The translations under genes and the position numbers were made by a program. The notes beneath the pieces are model-generated. The model ran no database searches, had not been told where the DNA came from, and worked only from the letters and a program-made list of their open reading frames with translations. From Eledone cirrhosa (taxonomy: Eukaryota), in the NCBI GenBank assembly GCA_964016885.1, contig OZ024743.1, forward strand, positions 254,634,001-254,698,000: a stretch of 64,000 nucleotides of DNA. Direction: 5' to 3'. Every line of letters begins with the position of its first letter. Within the stretch, counting starts at the first letter, position 1. Below are positions 25,490 through 38,810 of this stretch, piece after piece.

Positions 25490-25620
25490 GCGATTGGTGT
25501 TAGGAAGGGCATCCAGCCGTAGAAAACCCGCCAGACAGTCCTATACGAGCAAGTGGGAAAATTTCCGTCCAAACCCATGCAAGCGTGGAAGATGGACGTT
25601 AAACGATGATGATGATGATA
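25490..25620 (+). mobile_element. RTE 3' UTR tail fragment
   Basis: ttggtgttaggaagggcatccagccgtagaaaa...gacgttaaacgatgatgat. Confidence 0.85.
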
Positions 25621-26039
25621 TGATATACATTCCATGAAGAGAACAAACAATACCCAAGGATTGAAACCAGGAACATCTGATTTTCCTTTTACATTTTCTT
25701 TAAAAGTGTTTCACCAACAGTTTAGACTATCAAGAGTTTATTTACCAAAAAAGAAACAAAAGAAAAAAATTAAGATATTTCTCAAATGAATCTAAATTAC
25801 TGAAGCATGAGATATTTGCCAAAATGTCTCACCTTAAATTTAAAATAGTAACAAAGCTATGTGCCTGGAATATTTTAATTCACATAAATCAGTGTGTATC
25901 TTTGATTGACAAAAATATCATGTTTGTCAATTCTAAAAGGTTAACTATTACAAGTAGGAAAGGAACTCATAAATTCTATCTTTGTATTGTGCATTGCACA
26001 CACATGCACACATACACAGACAGGGAGATAGATTCACAT

Positions 26040-26069
26040 ACATACACAGTGACTCACACACACACATAC

Positions 26070-26111
<42 letters not shown>

Positions 26112-26170
26112 ATATATATGTCTGTTTTTATATATACATGTATTTCAAGACGCACCTCTCTCTCTCTCTC

Positions 26171-26216
<46 letters not shown>
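26040..26216. repeat. Compound (CA)/(TG)/(CT)/(TA) microsatellites
   Basis: Direct inspection. Confidence 0.9.
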
Positions 26217-26220
<4 letters not shown>

Positions 26221-27070
26221 ATTTATATCTCTCTACAACCAAAAATCATTATATTTTATAAAGACAAACCAAGCCATGATGAGACTGACACAATCAAGCT
26301 TAACTAACTAATTTGGATAAATCATCACAGCACCACAGTTTTCTTATTTCTTTAGGGTGGAAGTCTGTACTCTGGACAATATATTATTTTGCTTGTCCTT
26401 ATCTCTCTCTCTCTCTTTTTCCATATTACCATGACCTTCTTATGTCATTCCCTTTTCCATCTCCTCACTGTTTTCCTTTGTCTCTCTCTCTCTCTCTTGT
26501 CTTTTCACCTAGCTCTAATATATCTCACTCCCTCCCTCTCTTGCTCTGCCTCCCTCCCTCTCTCTCTCTCTCTATCTCTTCCTCTCTCCTTTTCTCACAA
26601 CGTTCTTCGGACATTTGTTTTGCTTTTTCTCTCTCGCCTTCCCTCACTCACTGTCTTTTTATCTTGCCCACTCTCTTTCCCTCCTCTATCTAATGACAGC
26701 TACAAAGCCAATATCTTCTACACCCAACTCATTGATCTATCATTATCACAGCACCAATAATAATTCATCATTACCCCACCACCACCATCGTGTACTGTGT
26801 AGATAGATAGTTCTACATAGTTATTCATCACATCTCAAAGTCATAATGAAAATATTTTTTCCACTTCTTTCTTGGCCTCAAACTTTCCAAAATAACCTTT
26901 TATATCAAACAACCAGTTGAAATTTACTTTCTACTCTGTCTTAGTGGCTTTTTTGTTTGTGTATTTTTCTTAGAATTCTTCATTTTATGGTTTCTTCTGT
27001 GAATCTTTATTTCTTGTTTTTGCATGGAATCTGGTATTTTTTATGTTTTCCTTTTCATACTTTCTTCCAG

Positions 27071-27138
27071 AAGTTACGACCGGTAGATATAGTATCAGCA
27101 AGGAAAAGATCAGTTTCCTTAGTCCGATCTGATGATTG
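27071..27138 (+). CDS. Candidate exon of an unknown gene
   Basis: Strong pyrimidine tract ending ttttcatactttcttccag, then non-repetitive sequence. Frames: KLRPVDIVSARKRSVSLVRSDD, or (E)VTTGRYSISKEKISFLSPI*. Donor uncertain. Confidence 0.25.
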
Positions 27139-27179
27139 GTTCATTTCCATTTTTTTTTTTTTTGCATACTTATAAATAT

Positions 27180-27330
27180 TGAATTGGCACAATCAGTAGA
27201 GCATATAACAAAATGTCATGCAGAATTTGTTCAGGCTTTCTGTTGTATGAGTTCAAATCTCATTCAGTTCAAATTCGGCTTTCATCCTTTCAGTAGAGTT
27301 GATAAAATAAAGTACCAATCTAATGTGGTA
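27180..27330 (+). mobile_element. tRNA-derived SINE
   Basis: ttggcacaatcagtagagc...gagttcaaatctc...ctttcatcctttc...gataaaataaagtacc. Confidence 0.65.
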
Positions 27331-27519
27331 GATTGGAGAAATTGTTAGAACAATGAATGAAATCTAATGGCTTGTGATATTTGTTTGGTATGGTTAAAAT
27401 CAAGTTTATTTTTAAAATAAAAGAAACAAATTTACAATTCATCAATGTTTGCATATTGAAGAGAAACAGCAAAGGAAAATGGGAAGCGAGTGGTAGACTC
27501 TACATGAGATATACCAGTC

Positions 27520-27935
27520 TAAGTGGTATATCTCATCTGTATTGTATGAACAAATTGATAAATGCATTACCAGTAATACCTGCTTGATCTTGATGGGATC
27601 CTCCCTCAGGCAAGATGTGCTGCTGCTGATTTTTCTGGACACCAGTGTTCCTGACAACGAGCACAAAAAGAAAGCAGTTGATCAAGTCCTGATATTTAGC
27701 TATCTTTCTCTTCTTCAAGTTGTGGGCTGCATTACCCAGGTTTGAGATCAAAATGAGAAGTTGAGAGGTTGAGAACATGTTGCAGTATGCGGCGTCACAG
27801 ATTAGAGATTTACCTCACTCATACTAGAAGAGGATTATCCCATGTAGGTGCTTACCACCACCATATCTGAGGCTGGCAGGCTGCAGTTCTGATTGTAAAC
27901 CTGCTGTGTCAAGGCACCTTCTGATATTAACATGT
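27520..27935 (-). mobile_element. Second CRE-like RLE fragment
   Basis: RRCLDTAGLQSELQPASLRYGGGKHLHGII...GKSLICDA...KKRKIAKYQDL. Confidence 0.65.
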
Positions 27936-29519
27936 AAGTGGTTGAGTATGTTACAGACATCTATACCCTTGATGGAATGCTCAGGCTGAATCTGCATGAC
28001 AAAATATATATGACAAGACTGTAGATTTCAATTACAGATATAGTCCATCTCGTACTATAGTGTAAGTGGCCAAGTGTTCCACAGGCATGTGTTCCCTTAA
28101 TGTAATTCCTGGGCTGTATCAGCATGACACAATATGTGACAAGGCTGGACCTTTGAAATATAGTTACAGTCCTTACTACATCCCTCCATCACCTCTCCCA
28201 TTACCTCTGCTAATAATGCTATGATGACAACTAACCCCTCCACAAACATCACAATCCCCAATATTACTACTACAACCCCTACACACATTCATATGTGTAT
28301 TTGTTCATTTAATTTATTTTCATCTAAAATTTAAATATCCCATTATTTTCTCTGAGAGATCTTCTACTGCACACAACTGTCTAGAAATAATTGCTCAAGC
28401 CACTACTGTTTTCTGAGATGGATTTTTTATTACATTTTTCCCTCCTTCTTTCTTTCCTTTCATTCTTTCATTCACTATCCAACACCACCAGCTACCACTC
28501 CCATAAACCTTATCATCCAGCACAACCCTCTCACCAAATCTTACATATATAGATCTAAATATATATATATATATATAATGTATATATATATATATATATA
28601 TATATACGCACACACATGCACACACATACACACACATGCACACACACACACACACATATATATAATGTGTGTGTATACACACATACACATGCATACATGG
28701 TATTTGGTGATAGTGGCTGTCAGCCACAGCAATGTTTGTAAAGTAGAACATCTATGCTAATTGTGTTGTAAATTGATGCAATAATTTGATGTTAAGTCCT
28801 GCTTGATACCAACAAAAGCCATACCTATTTGATGGTTTACTGGTGCTTTTCAGCAGGATTACCACCAAGGAAATGCAATGCTTTTTGTTTGTCTGTTTGT
28901 AGAGGTGGAATTGTATATGGAGAATGGCTTCTTTTCTTTCCCTCTCTTTCTCTATTTTGTTTTCATTGATGGTTGTCTTCAATAGTCTATTTGTTTATTC
29001 ATTTTTTAAATGATGGCAGATAGAAGAGGCTGAGATCTGATTACAGAATGCTAGCCATCATTTACTGATGAGGACAATGATGATGATGAGGGTGATAATT
29101 ATATATATATATGTTCATTTGTTTGTTTTTTTTAATGAAAGAAGCTGGAGGCCTGACTTCTTCAAAATGTTGGGCTCCACTTCACAGAAAAGATGCGTTA
29201 CTAATGTATGTGTGGATGGATGGATGGATCTATAACTTCTGATGGAATCAGGGATGCTGACGTGACATATGGCATGTCTTGAGCACTTTAAACCTGGCAG
29301 AGCCTCTCCCCTTTTCTTGTTAGAACATAGCCGATTTCTTTCAGACAGAGAGAAAGAGGAAATGAGAGATATAAGAAGAAACTCATTTATAACAATGGAC
29401 TGGAGCTATATATTTATCGACCTTGAAATGATGAAAGGTAAGAGTTACTAATATGTTAGTTGTATGGTTGTAAGGTTTGGTCCAACAGGTCAGCTAGGGA
29501 AAAGAGAGAGAGATGTTAT

Positions 29520-32020
29520 GATGATGATGAGAGTAATAATTTAAGTTTTTTTAAGTCGTTTGGAAGCCTCGACAATGCAAATGGGTAAATCTCCGGGTAA
29601 CAAGGTCCGGTGGTGGAGAGAGAGATGTAAGTGGGTGTACGTTGAGATGCGTGGTGTGTATAACATGTGTGAGATGTGTAGAATGAAGGGAAGAGTATAA
29701 AGGATAAAAATAAAAATAACAACACAAGAGAGAGTTACCTTGGGAGAGATTTAATAGTCCCTATATATTTCGGATTCACATCCATCAACTGGGGTTTTTT
29801 TCCGGGGTGGGGGAAAAGGTTGTCTGTCGGACAACTCGGAACGCGTCTTTCGCTGTTTGTTGATTTGAATATCTGAGGTATTCGGCCGAGCGCGCGTGCG
29901 CGTGAAATGGGGTCGGTCGTACAGAGGTCAGCGGCCGAATGAGGGAGTGGGATGGCGCTAGCTGTCAGTTCATTCTCTGCCTGTTTGTTAAATGTTACTG
30001 TGTGTGTGTGTGCGTGTGTTGTTGTCTCGCTTGAGTGTGTGTGTGTGTGTGTTGTTGCCTTGTTCATCTGTATTGGCAGTGTAGTATGTTCGTATGGTGG
30101 AATGCTACTGTGTGTGTGTGCGTGTGTGTGTGTAGTTGTCTCGTTTGCGTGTGTGTGTGTGTGCGTGTGTTGTGTTTTGTTGCATCGCTTGTTAACTTAA
30201 ACCAGCCATTTCATTTCGCTTCTCTCTGATCGGTTGTTTATTTGCGGTTGCAGTCGTTTGATAAAAAGCGCTTCCTTGATACGTAACGTGCCGACGTTTC
30301 TTTCAGTCGCTAGAATTGTGACAATGGGCCTTCCGTCTTTGTTTCTGCATTTGTCTATGTGTTTCCGGAAAGACGAGGCCCTGGTTTTGGTGTGTTCCTT
30401 GATCCGGATGTGCAAAGGTCGAATTATGCTACCTATGTAGTATTGGTTGCACCTGTCACATTCTATCTTATATACGACGTATCTGCGTAGGCAACAGTTA
30501 GCATGGCGTATCGGGCAGTCTCTGGGGGAGCATGCGTCAGTAGATTTTTCGGGTTTCCTGGAGAGGCATCTTCGCAGGGAGGGGCCCGATGGATGTTGAG
30601 GCCCTCCCTCCGTATAGCCTTGCGGATAGCGTTGGTGGTTTTCTCGCCCAGGTGTGGCATTTTAAGGAAGCACTTGCCTTGGGTGCTTCTCTGTCTCTTG
30701 TGTCTGGTGTCTCCTATTCTGTCTGTGATCGAGGTAGGGTACCCGTTCGTCTCCAGCACCTCGAGGAATCGCTTGGTATGAGTGACACCACTAGCGGGAT
30801 CGCTGCATCTGTTTTTGATTCGCGCGATCTCGTTCGTGATGTATCTTCTGTTGGCACTGTTAGGGAGGGCGGACTTGTAGTGAACGAATAGGTCCCTGCA
30901 GGCTGCCTTTCTCTAGAAGTTGCAGTGGATCCCTCCTTGTTCCGTGATGTTGATTCGGAAGTCGAGGAGGGCAAGTGACCCGTCTTCGTTGGGGTGTTCA
31001 ACACTGAAGTCAATGTTCTCGTCCGTGTTGTTGAACGTCTCATAGATTCTGTTCCCCGTGTCTTGGGAAGATGTGAGGATGAGGATATCGTCCACGTATC
31101 TTGAGAAGAAGGCTACGGCGTTGAGTGCCTTGCGTTCGAGGTTGTCCATGTAGGAGATCGCTAGCACACCTGATAGACTTGATCCCATGGGCAATCCCGA
31201 GATTTGTTGGTATATTTGGTCAAGGAATCCGAAGTAGGTGTTGTCGACGGCGATGGATAGGAGTTGGTGGATGTCAGTGGTGGTGAGCCCGAAGCAGTGT
31301 AGGTCGGTGGATTGGACGCGTTCCATTAGTATATTGACGGCCGGGAGTGCCGGGACCGAGGTGTAGAGAGCGACTACATCAAGGCTGAAGGCATATCTGT
31401 TATTCCTTCTGGTGTCGGGATCCATTTGATGCAGGCGCTTCAACACCTCCTCGGAGCTGTTAACGTGTCCCGGCAAGGTGTCTAAGATGGGTTTGAGTAT
31501 TCTGGCTAGGAGCCATGAAATTTTGTAGAGTGGTCCCTCCACGCTCGATACGATGGGCCTGATTTTCAGGTCGGGTCCCTGTTTGTGTGTTTTCACGAGG
31601 TGGTAGAAGGCGGGTAGTCTGCTGTTCCTCGTGAGGAGGTTGTATCTCAGCTTCTTCGGGAGCTTCCGCCGGTCGCAGATGTTGGTCCAGGCGGAGTTGA
31701 TGTATTCTTCTATCTTCGCAGGAGTGATTCCCGTGACCTTGGAGTAGAGGTTGTCATCCTCAAGGTGTTGGAGGGCCAGGGTGTTGTAGGCCTCTCTGCT
31801 GATGACGCAGAATTCTTTTCCCTTGTCGGAGGGGAGATAGATGAGGTTCTTCGATTTTAGGTTGGAGAGAGTGGTGAGTTGAGATTTGGTGAGGTTATGT
31901 GTTGTGCGTGTGTGTGTGTGTTTGTGAAGTATATCCGAGATGGAGTGTTTTAGCCTGATGAGTTTAGTGTCGAGTTCGTGGTTGGTGGGTGGGGGGTGGA
32001 GTGGGTTGTCGGGGTGGTAA
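29520..32020 (-). mobile_element. PLE (RT plus C-terminal GIY-YIG), 5'-truncated and frameshifted; Nematis/Neptune-like Cys pattern
   Basis: ORF 30913-32052: PSDKG, FYHLVKTHK, IRPIVS, FSLDVVALYT, GLPMGS, RYVDD, LALLD. Downstream: CPIRHANCCLRRYVVYKIECDRCNQYYIGS..R.LHIRIKEH...EALFI...IN. Degenerate hammerhead at 29756-29794. Confidence 0.92.
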
Positions 32021-33399
32021 GTTTTTTTCTTTTTAATGGAAAGAAAAATCAAGATATGCTACTAATATGTTGACTTTAATGTTTGGTAGATTGATCCGAA
32101 ACATGGAGAATGAGGGGGAGGGAGAGAGAAAGAGAACATTAAGTCAAAGTAAGGATGATGATGATAACAATTATGTTTTTTATGGTGAAAAATGGAAGAA
32201 ATTGAGGTTTGATTTCAAAATACTAGACTTCATGCCACAGAAGAGATGGATAAAAATCGACAGTTGATAATATATTAGGTAAATTAATCCACCTCTGAAA
32301 GGAGAGTGAGTAAATGTATGTGTGTAGGAGAAAGAGAGAGAGATTATTATAATGATGATGATGATGATGAGGGTGACATTCATTTATTTATGTATATACA
32401 TATGTGTATATGTGTGTGTAATAGTGAATAAGCAGAGTCGTTAGAACATCAGATAGAATGCTTTGTAGTATTCATTAAGGCTCCCGTGGTTAACTTTGTC
32501 TTTCATCGTTTTAAGATTGATAGGAAAAAAAAGCACCAGCCAAGAAATAGGCTCAATTCTTTCTCTCTATATCTTTTTTCATTCCCCTTCTCTCTCTCCC
32601 GAATAAATTGACTGTGTTCAGACCTGGAGAGGGGATATGCTCTGCCAAGTATAAAGAGTTACAACAGCTTCCCTTTTCACTCCACCAAGAGTTATACATC
32701 CATACATGTGTGTGTATATTTGCCTCTCTCTGCACAAAACCATTTTAATGTATATTGTAATAAGAATATCATGGTTAAAGGATTCTTTATTTGAACATAA
32801 GCTGGATGTATTTATTACAAATGAAATCTATAGAGATGTAAAGTGGTCATGTAGGTCTCACGAAAAAAATACCCAGTACTCACTATAAATGTGGTTGACA
32901 TTAGGAAGAGAAACCAGCTGTAGAAAAAAAAAACTAACAAATCGACGTTGGACGACAGTAAGTACATCCAAACTCTATAAAACAGCAACATACACACATA
33001 TCTGTAGTGACCTACATTCCGAAGGCTCATAGATACATTCTCTGTGCATTGTTTAGCTTAGTTCAGCCAATCACCGCCAGCATAGGAGAATGTATCTCGA
33101 CATGCCCTGAGGGAAAAATTCCCGCGTCGATTCAGAAATCTCTCTCTTGCTGCTTAGGACTCTGAGAATGAACACACGATAATGTAATGGTGAGATTTCC
33201 ACTTTGGCCTGTCGGCCTTCCACAATGCCACATTCCTTTATATTGTTAACTTTAACTATCCAATTCAACAAACATTTACTTTGTGATTAACTTTGTCTCT
33301 TTCTCAACAAATGAACATACATTCATCATAATTATCCGTGTTGATATTCCCATCATTATTATATCTTTCTGCTAAAATGGTGACTCGACGTGAGTCTTG

Positions 33400-35140
33400 G
33401 TGATATCTATTATTATAAATGGCAGCTAAACTGGTGACCCCCGACGGAGGAATATTTTAAGTACAAAATATTCCTTTAAAATAAAGAAAAAATTAGCTGT
33501 ATTTTCAAAATTATAGCACGAAAACATTTTTCTTCCAATGCGGCTTCCTGCAATATCAACAAACAAGCAAACTCCAAACTCACGTGGTGACTCTTTCGTT
33601 GCAACACGCAATGAACCATTCCACCTAAAGTGGCAACTTCTCCGTGGAACAAAAACAAACACAAAAATTTCTATTCCCACCTCACGTGTTGACAACGTTC
33701 AAATGCTTCTCACTTGGCTGTTTACACTTTCGCTACATCTTACTACGAACCATTCATTAAACTGGACTCTTTCATTTTTTAACATGATATTTCTTTTTCT
33801 GAAAACTACACCTCGTGTCTTTCTCGTTCAACCAAGCTTTTGTTTAAGACAAACAATCAATATGGCGACTGCTGCCTTCCGCTTTCATTTTCGAGCAGCC
33901 ATCTTGTCTTCTTCGTTTCGTCATTGTCCCGCGTGGCGGATTTTACCAACACAATCATTGCTATCATCTCAAAGAATAGTTCGGCCACGAGCTATTTTAT
34001 TAATGCCAGTAAAAAATTTGCAACACCCTGCATCGTAAATTGACGTCACTTGCTGGGCATTTTTATGCACGTTCGTTCTGCGGTCAGCTACTTAAAACAA
34101 ACTTATCTGGACTCACTCAGATCAACAACCGTTCAACTGTTTTTTTTTTCAACCCTGACCAACACATCTTGGCTGACATTTCTGTAAAAAAAAATGTTGT
34201 TGCCCTTCTTTTTGGATCTTCTAACTCTGAACATTGGAACAACTTTAAAGGGCTGCGAGAGACAACAACCACTTAAAAAACAATTCTTTCTTTCTTTTTT
34301 TTTTTACAGGCAATGTTTGGACATTTATTTCTTTTAAACTGTATGAAATGAAAATTCATTTTTTTCTCCATCATTGTATATATGACTGCATGCACATATT
34401 TTCTTTGCAGTATTACATGCCTGCATATGCACACATATTTCTTTGTCCCACACCAACATGTTGTTGTCTATAGTATATGATCTTCAAGCGTAACAACCTC
34501 CATCTTGTTACTTTACCCAACTCACTGGGAAAACAACAAATGGAACTGGACCAGTCAGCATTTCTACCATTTTTCCTATGGATTCGCCAGAATTATGGAA
34601 TTACCGCTTCAACTACTACCCACCTACAGATTCAAATTGCCTTTTTATTTCAAAGCAACTAGCAATTTTTTCCTGGCTGCCTAGCACTTCCGGCAAATCA
34701 TCTGGGAAGCCGACAATTTCTCGCCTACCCATCATCTTCTTGCCAGCTCTGCTACAACATTTACCATAACAGCTCTAGCTATACAGCTCTGGGAAAACAT
34801 TTACTATAACAGCTCTGGTATAACACTTACCATAACAGCTATACAGCTCTGGTAAAGCATGAACAGCACCATCATTGACAACACTTACCATTACAGCTAA
34901 CATTTAATGCAAGAACAGCAACTTTGCCCATGTCAGACTTTATCCGTTTTCTGAAAGTTTTAGTCTGCGTGATGATGGACAGATCTGGAGGTTTGTTAAG
35001 GCTGGTGAAACGTGGAAGAGAGATACCAGCTGGTCTGAGAGCGCTCTACCCACAATAACTGGCAATGAAAAAACTGCAACAACTCTGGGAAACTAAACCA
35101 GAACAACCTGCCTTCTTCTACACACCATCATAAACTGCAA
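33400..35140 (+). other. CpG-containing region upstream of CR1 ORF2; putative 5' UTR/ORF1 remnant
   Basis: Contiguous with the CR1 endonuclease start. YY1-like aatatggcg and gccatctt, CRE-site-like tgacgtca, and an acagctct minisatellite at 34750-34900. No ORF1 recognised. Confidence 0.3.
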
Positions 35141-37650
35141 GCAGGGAACAAATTATTGTCCTTAAATTCTCGCAGTTTATGCAACAAGATACATCTGTTT
35201 AATTCCTACGTCAGAAGCATCGACCCTGATTTCATCACAGTCATGGAAACATGGGCACATTCCTTACTCTGTGATGGGGTTTTCAGCATTACTGGGTACA
35301 ACCTGTTCCACAAGGACCGCATTAATCGCCGTGGTGGTGGTGTGATGGTCTACGTTCGTTCAAATTCGGTAATTCCTTGTGTTGATTTGGGCAGCAACAA
35401 AAACCAGAACCATCTCTAATCTGCTTGCTTTGATTGGAAGAAAGCATATTGCAACTTGTACTGTACTGAGCTACAGCGCCCAAACTGGCATGAGTTCTAT
35501 AACTCTGGAGATGTGAACACTATACTCCAGAGAATCCTGGCCTCAATATGGATAGCGTGTGCAGCATCAGTGCCACGTAAGCAGAAAAAAAGAACCCCAA
35601 AAGTGCAATTTGGGAAACTTAAGCGGTCCGACTTGCCAGGAAAGAACGTCGGAATGCTGAACGGGAATATAAACTGCATAAATCAGATGCCAACAGAAAA
35701 AAGCGGAATAAATCTTCCAACCATCTCATGCAAGTGACAAAAAAGGCAGTGCTTGAATTTGAACAGTGCATAGCAACCAAACTGACAGTAAGTGTTCTGG
35801 AAATATGTACATTCAAAGCAGAGACCTCACTCTCCCGTTGGTCCCCTTCGCAATCCCCACACAAGCCAGATCACTGACGATCCTAAAGAATGCGCAGAAC
35901 TCATTGCTGAGTGCTATGCAAGCATTTTTACTGTTGAAAACCAGAATGTACCATCTCCACCATCTCTAACATCAAATTCCATAACAACTATGGAATTTAC
36001 ACCTGCAATGTTGCGACATCACCTTAAGAATAAGTGCAACTATGCCTCCCCTGGTCGTGATGGTGTTATATACTTGCTTCTCAAATGTGGCGGGTACTTC
36101 CTTTTCCACCAGCTTTCTTTCTACTTTCAATACTGCCTCAACAATGGTCCTACTCCGGAGCAGTAAAAAACTGCCAGTGTCATTCCCCTGTTCAAAAAGG
36201 GCGATCGCACGTCACCTGTCAACTATCGTCCAGTCAGTCTTACTAGCTGTATTGCCAAACTGATGGAATCCTGTGTCAGAGAAACACTTTGGAACTTCTG
36301 GTAATCTCACAGCCTCATCTGGCCCTTGCAATTCGGATTTATCCCTAACTCCAGCTGCTGTGAGCAGCTTATCGAGTTCCTTGAAGAAATTACCCGGATC
36401 ACTGACAGCGGCTCATGGGTGGATGTTGTTTACCTTGACTCCACTAAGGGTTTTACTTCTGTGCCACACAAAAAGACTTATGGCCAAACTCTCTGCAATG
36501 GGTGTGAGGGATGATCTTTTTAACTGGTTGAAATCCTTCATTCTCAGCTGAAAAGAGGTAGTCACGGTTGTAGGACAGCATTCTTCACCATATGAGATGT
36601 CATCTGGTGTACCACAGAGATCTATTCTTGGTCCCCTTTTGTTTGTTGCATACATTAATGACATAGATGCCAACTTAAAGAATGCCACAGTACTGAAATA
36701 TGCAGATGACATCAAGCTGTACCTTGAAATCAAAAGGACTGATCCTGAAATCTATAACTCTTTCCTACAATCAGACCTGGACACAATGCAGGAATGGATC
36801 ACAGACTGACAACTGAAGCTGGCTGTGGACAGGTGTACCACCATGCATTTTGGGAGTACAAATCCAGCGTCCACATACTCCCTCCGCAACACTGATATCA
36901 AGAAGTCCTCTTGTGAACGTGACCTGAGCATTACAGTCAGCAGCGATTTGCGTTGGACAAAGCACATCTCTAACATTATCAAGAAGGCCGAGGGTGTCTT
37001 GACATCACTCAGCAAAACCTTTGTTAGCTGCTCTCCAGCTATCTATTTAAAGCTGTATACAGCTATGGTACGACCACACTTGGAATTTGCATCATCAGTC
37101 TGGAACCCCTATCTTGCTCAGAACATTGACCTTCTGGAAACTGTTCAGAGACGTGCAACCAAGCGCATACCCTCCATCAGACACCTACCATTCTCTGAAC
37201 GCCTTGCTTCCCTGAGCATGGATTCATTGAAGCTCTGTCGTCTGCCAATGGACTTGGTAAACACCCACAAATTTATTAACCATCTCGCCAACAACAACCC
37301 TGAGCACCTTTTTGATCTCCATGTGTCTAACACACGTGGACATGCCCAAAGTCAGAAAACAGCACAGCTCCCATGACTTTCGGAAATATTTTTTCACGCT
37401 TAGAGTTGCTGAAGCATGGAACAAACTACCTGCATCAGTTGTTAGCTGTCGAGACACTGCATCCTTTAAAACCCTCATGCTTCCCCAAATTTGCCAAAAC
37501 TACACCTGATGTCCCCCTTCCATACACATGCACACATGCACTGTTCATTTTCCTGACGTTTATATATTACCCTATGTACTATACATACACTTTTGATGAG
37601 TTGTAGTGCACCTGAGCACTGTACACAATATTTTCATTATTATTATTATT
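35140..37650 (+). mobile_element. CR1 LINE ORF2 (APE plus RT) with 3' UTR and (ATT)n tail; disrupted, internal deletions in APE
   Basis: LNSRSLCNK...ETW...GYNLFHKDR..RRGGGV, SPGRDG, NYRPVSLTS, KYADD, VRPHLEFA. Confidence 0.93.
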
Positions 37651-37804
37651 GAACCAAACTAAAATTGGTTCTGTATGAGGAAGTCAGTCATCTGACATCA
37701 ACTTGCCTCATATAGGACAACCCATCTAACCTATGCTGATGTGGGAAATGGAACTTAAACGGTGATGATGATGATGATGATATATATATATATATATATA
37801 TATA

Positions 37805-37892
37805 TAAATGGTTTCTATATTAAACTTGATGTTTACTCTCTACTAATGTATTGAGTACCTTACTTACTGTGGTTACCCCCGATTGAACCCAG

Positions 37893-37895
<3 letters not shown>
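37805..37895 (+). mobile_element. PLE tail fragment between microsatellites
   Basis: atgtattgagtaccttacttactgtggttacccc is shared with 45600-45670(+) and 42070-42150(-). Confidence 0.6.

Positions 37896-37976
<81 letters not shown>
37895..37976. repeat. (CT)n(AT)n microsatellite
   Basis: Direct inspection. Confidence 0.95.
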
Positions 37977-37984
<8 letters not shown>

Positions 37985-38224
37985 ATATAACTAATTGGTG
38001 TAGAAAATGGTGTAGTAAACAGAATCGTGATAGCAAGCTTTTATCAAACATTGTCCATACAGGAATACAGTATAGCTGGCAAGCTATAACCAAATATTGT
38101 TGGTATTGGTATACCAGACTGACAAGGTATAGTCAATTACTCTCAGTATTAGAATACATGGCTGGCTGATTCAAAGTGTAAAATTAATTTGGTGGTGGTG
38201 GAGGGGGGGTATATTTCACTTAAA

Positions 38225-38515
38225 GTATTAAATCAACACGTGATATTTAAATTCAATATATATTTAGTAGCTTAAATACAATATTGAAAATATATGATTC
38301 TCTACTAAATTATACACCTGAGTAAATAAACAGTCTAATTGTACTGAATATTTACATTTTAAAAATTCCTTTTTAAACTATATTTTTTATAACAAATCAA
38401 TAGATATAAAAATAAAAAAACTGTAGATTTGATTCCTTATCTATTAAGAAATTAAGATTTGTTGACTGTTAAACAAGATTGATAAAGAACAAAGCAAGTT
38501 GAAATAGAATTTACC
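38225..38515 (+). repeat. AT-rich dispersed duplicate, copy 1
   Basis: Aligns with 62575-62895, e.g. aaattatacacctgagta.ataaacagtctaatt.tactgaatatttacattt. Confidence 0.85.
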
Positions 38516-38577
38516 ATCATCTCTATTATTATTTTAGTAGTTATAGTTAGAGCTTGCTCCTATGTAGATTTAGCTAC

Positions 38578-38810
38578 CCTCTTATGAGATTGAATCTCAT
38601 AGGAGGTTTCTTGGGTGTTTTGGTGATAGGGGCTCTCAGTAGTTCATATCTATGTAAATTTAACTGACCTCATTTGAGGTTGTATCTTATAGGTTTCTTG
38701 GGTGTTTTAATGATAGGGACTCGAGTCCTTTTATGTTGTAGTTATAGTTGCCACCTTCATAAGATTAGTTGGCTTCCTACAAGGTATCTTATAGAAGGTT
38801 TCTGGAGACA
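38578..38810 (+). repeat. Degenerate tandem repeat (two to three units of ~90 bp)
   Basis: atct.atag..ggtttcttgggtgtttt..tgataggg recurs. Confidence 0.6.

Noticed and set aside
29269-29451. Exon-like ORF with apparent acceptor and GTAAGA donor
   Set aside because: Similar in reverse complement to 32490-32660, and the donor lies in an antisense SINE core, so it is repeat-derived.
33538-34038. 166-aa ORF as CR1 ORF1 or a host gene
   Set aside because: No recognisable domain or typical coding composition.
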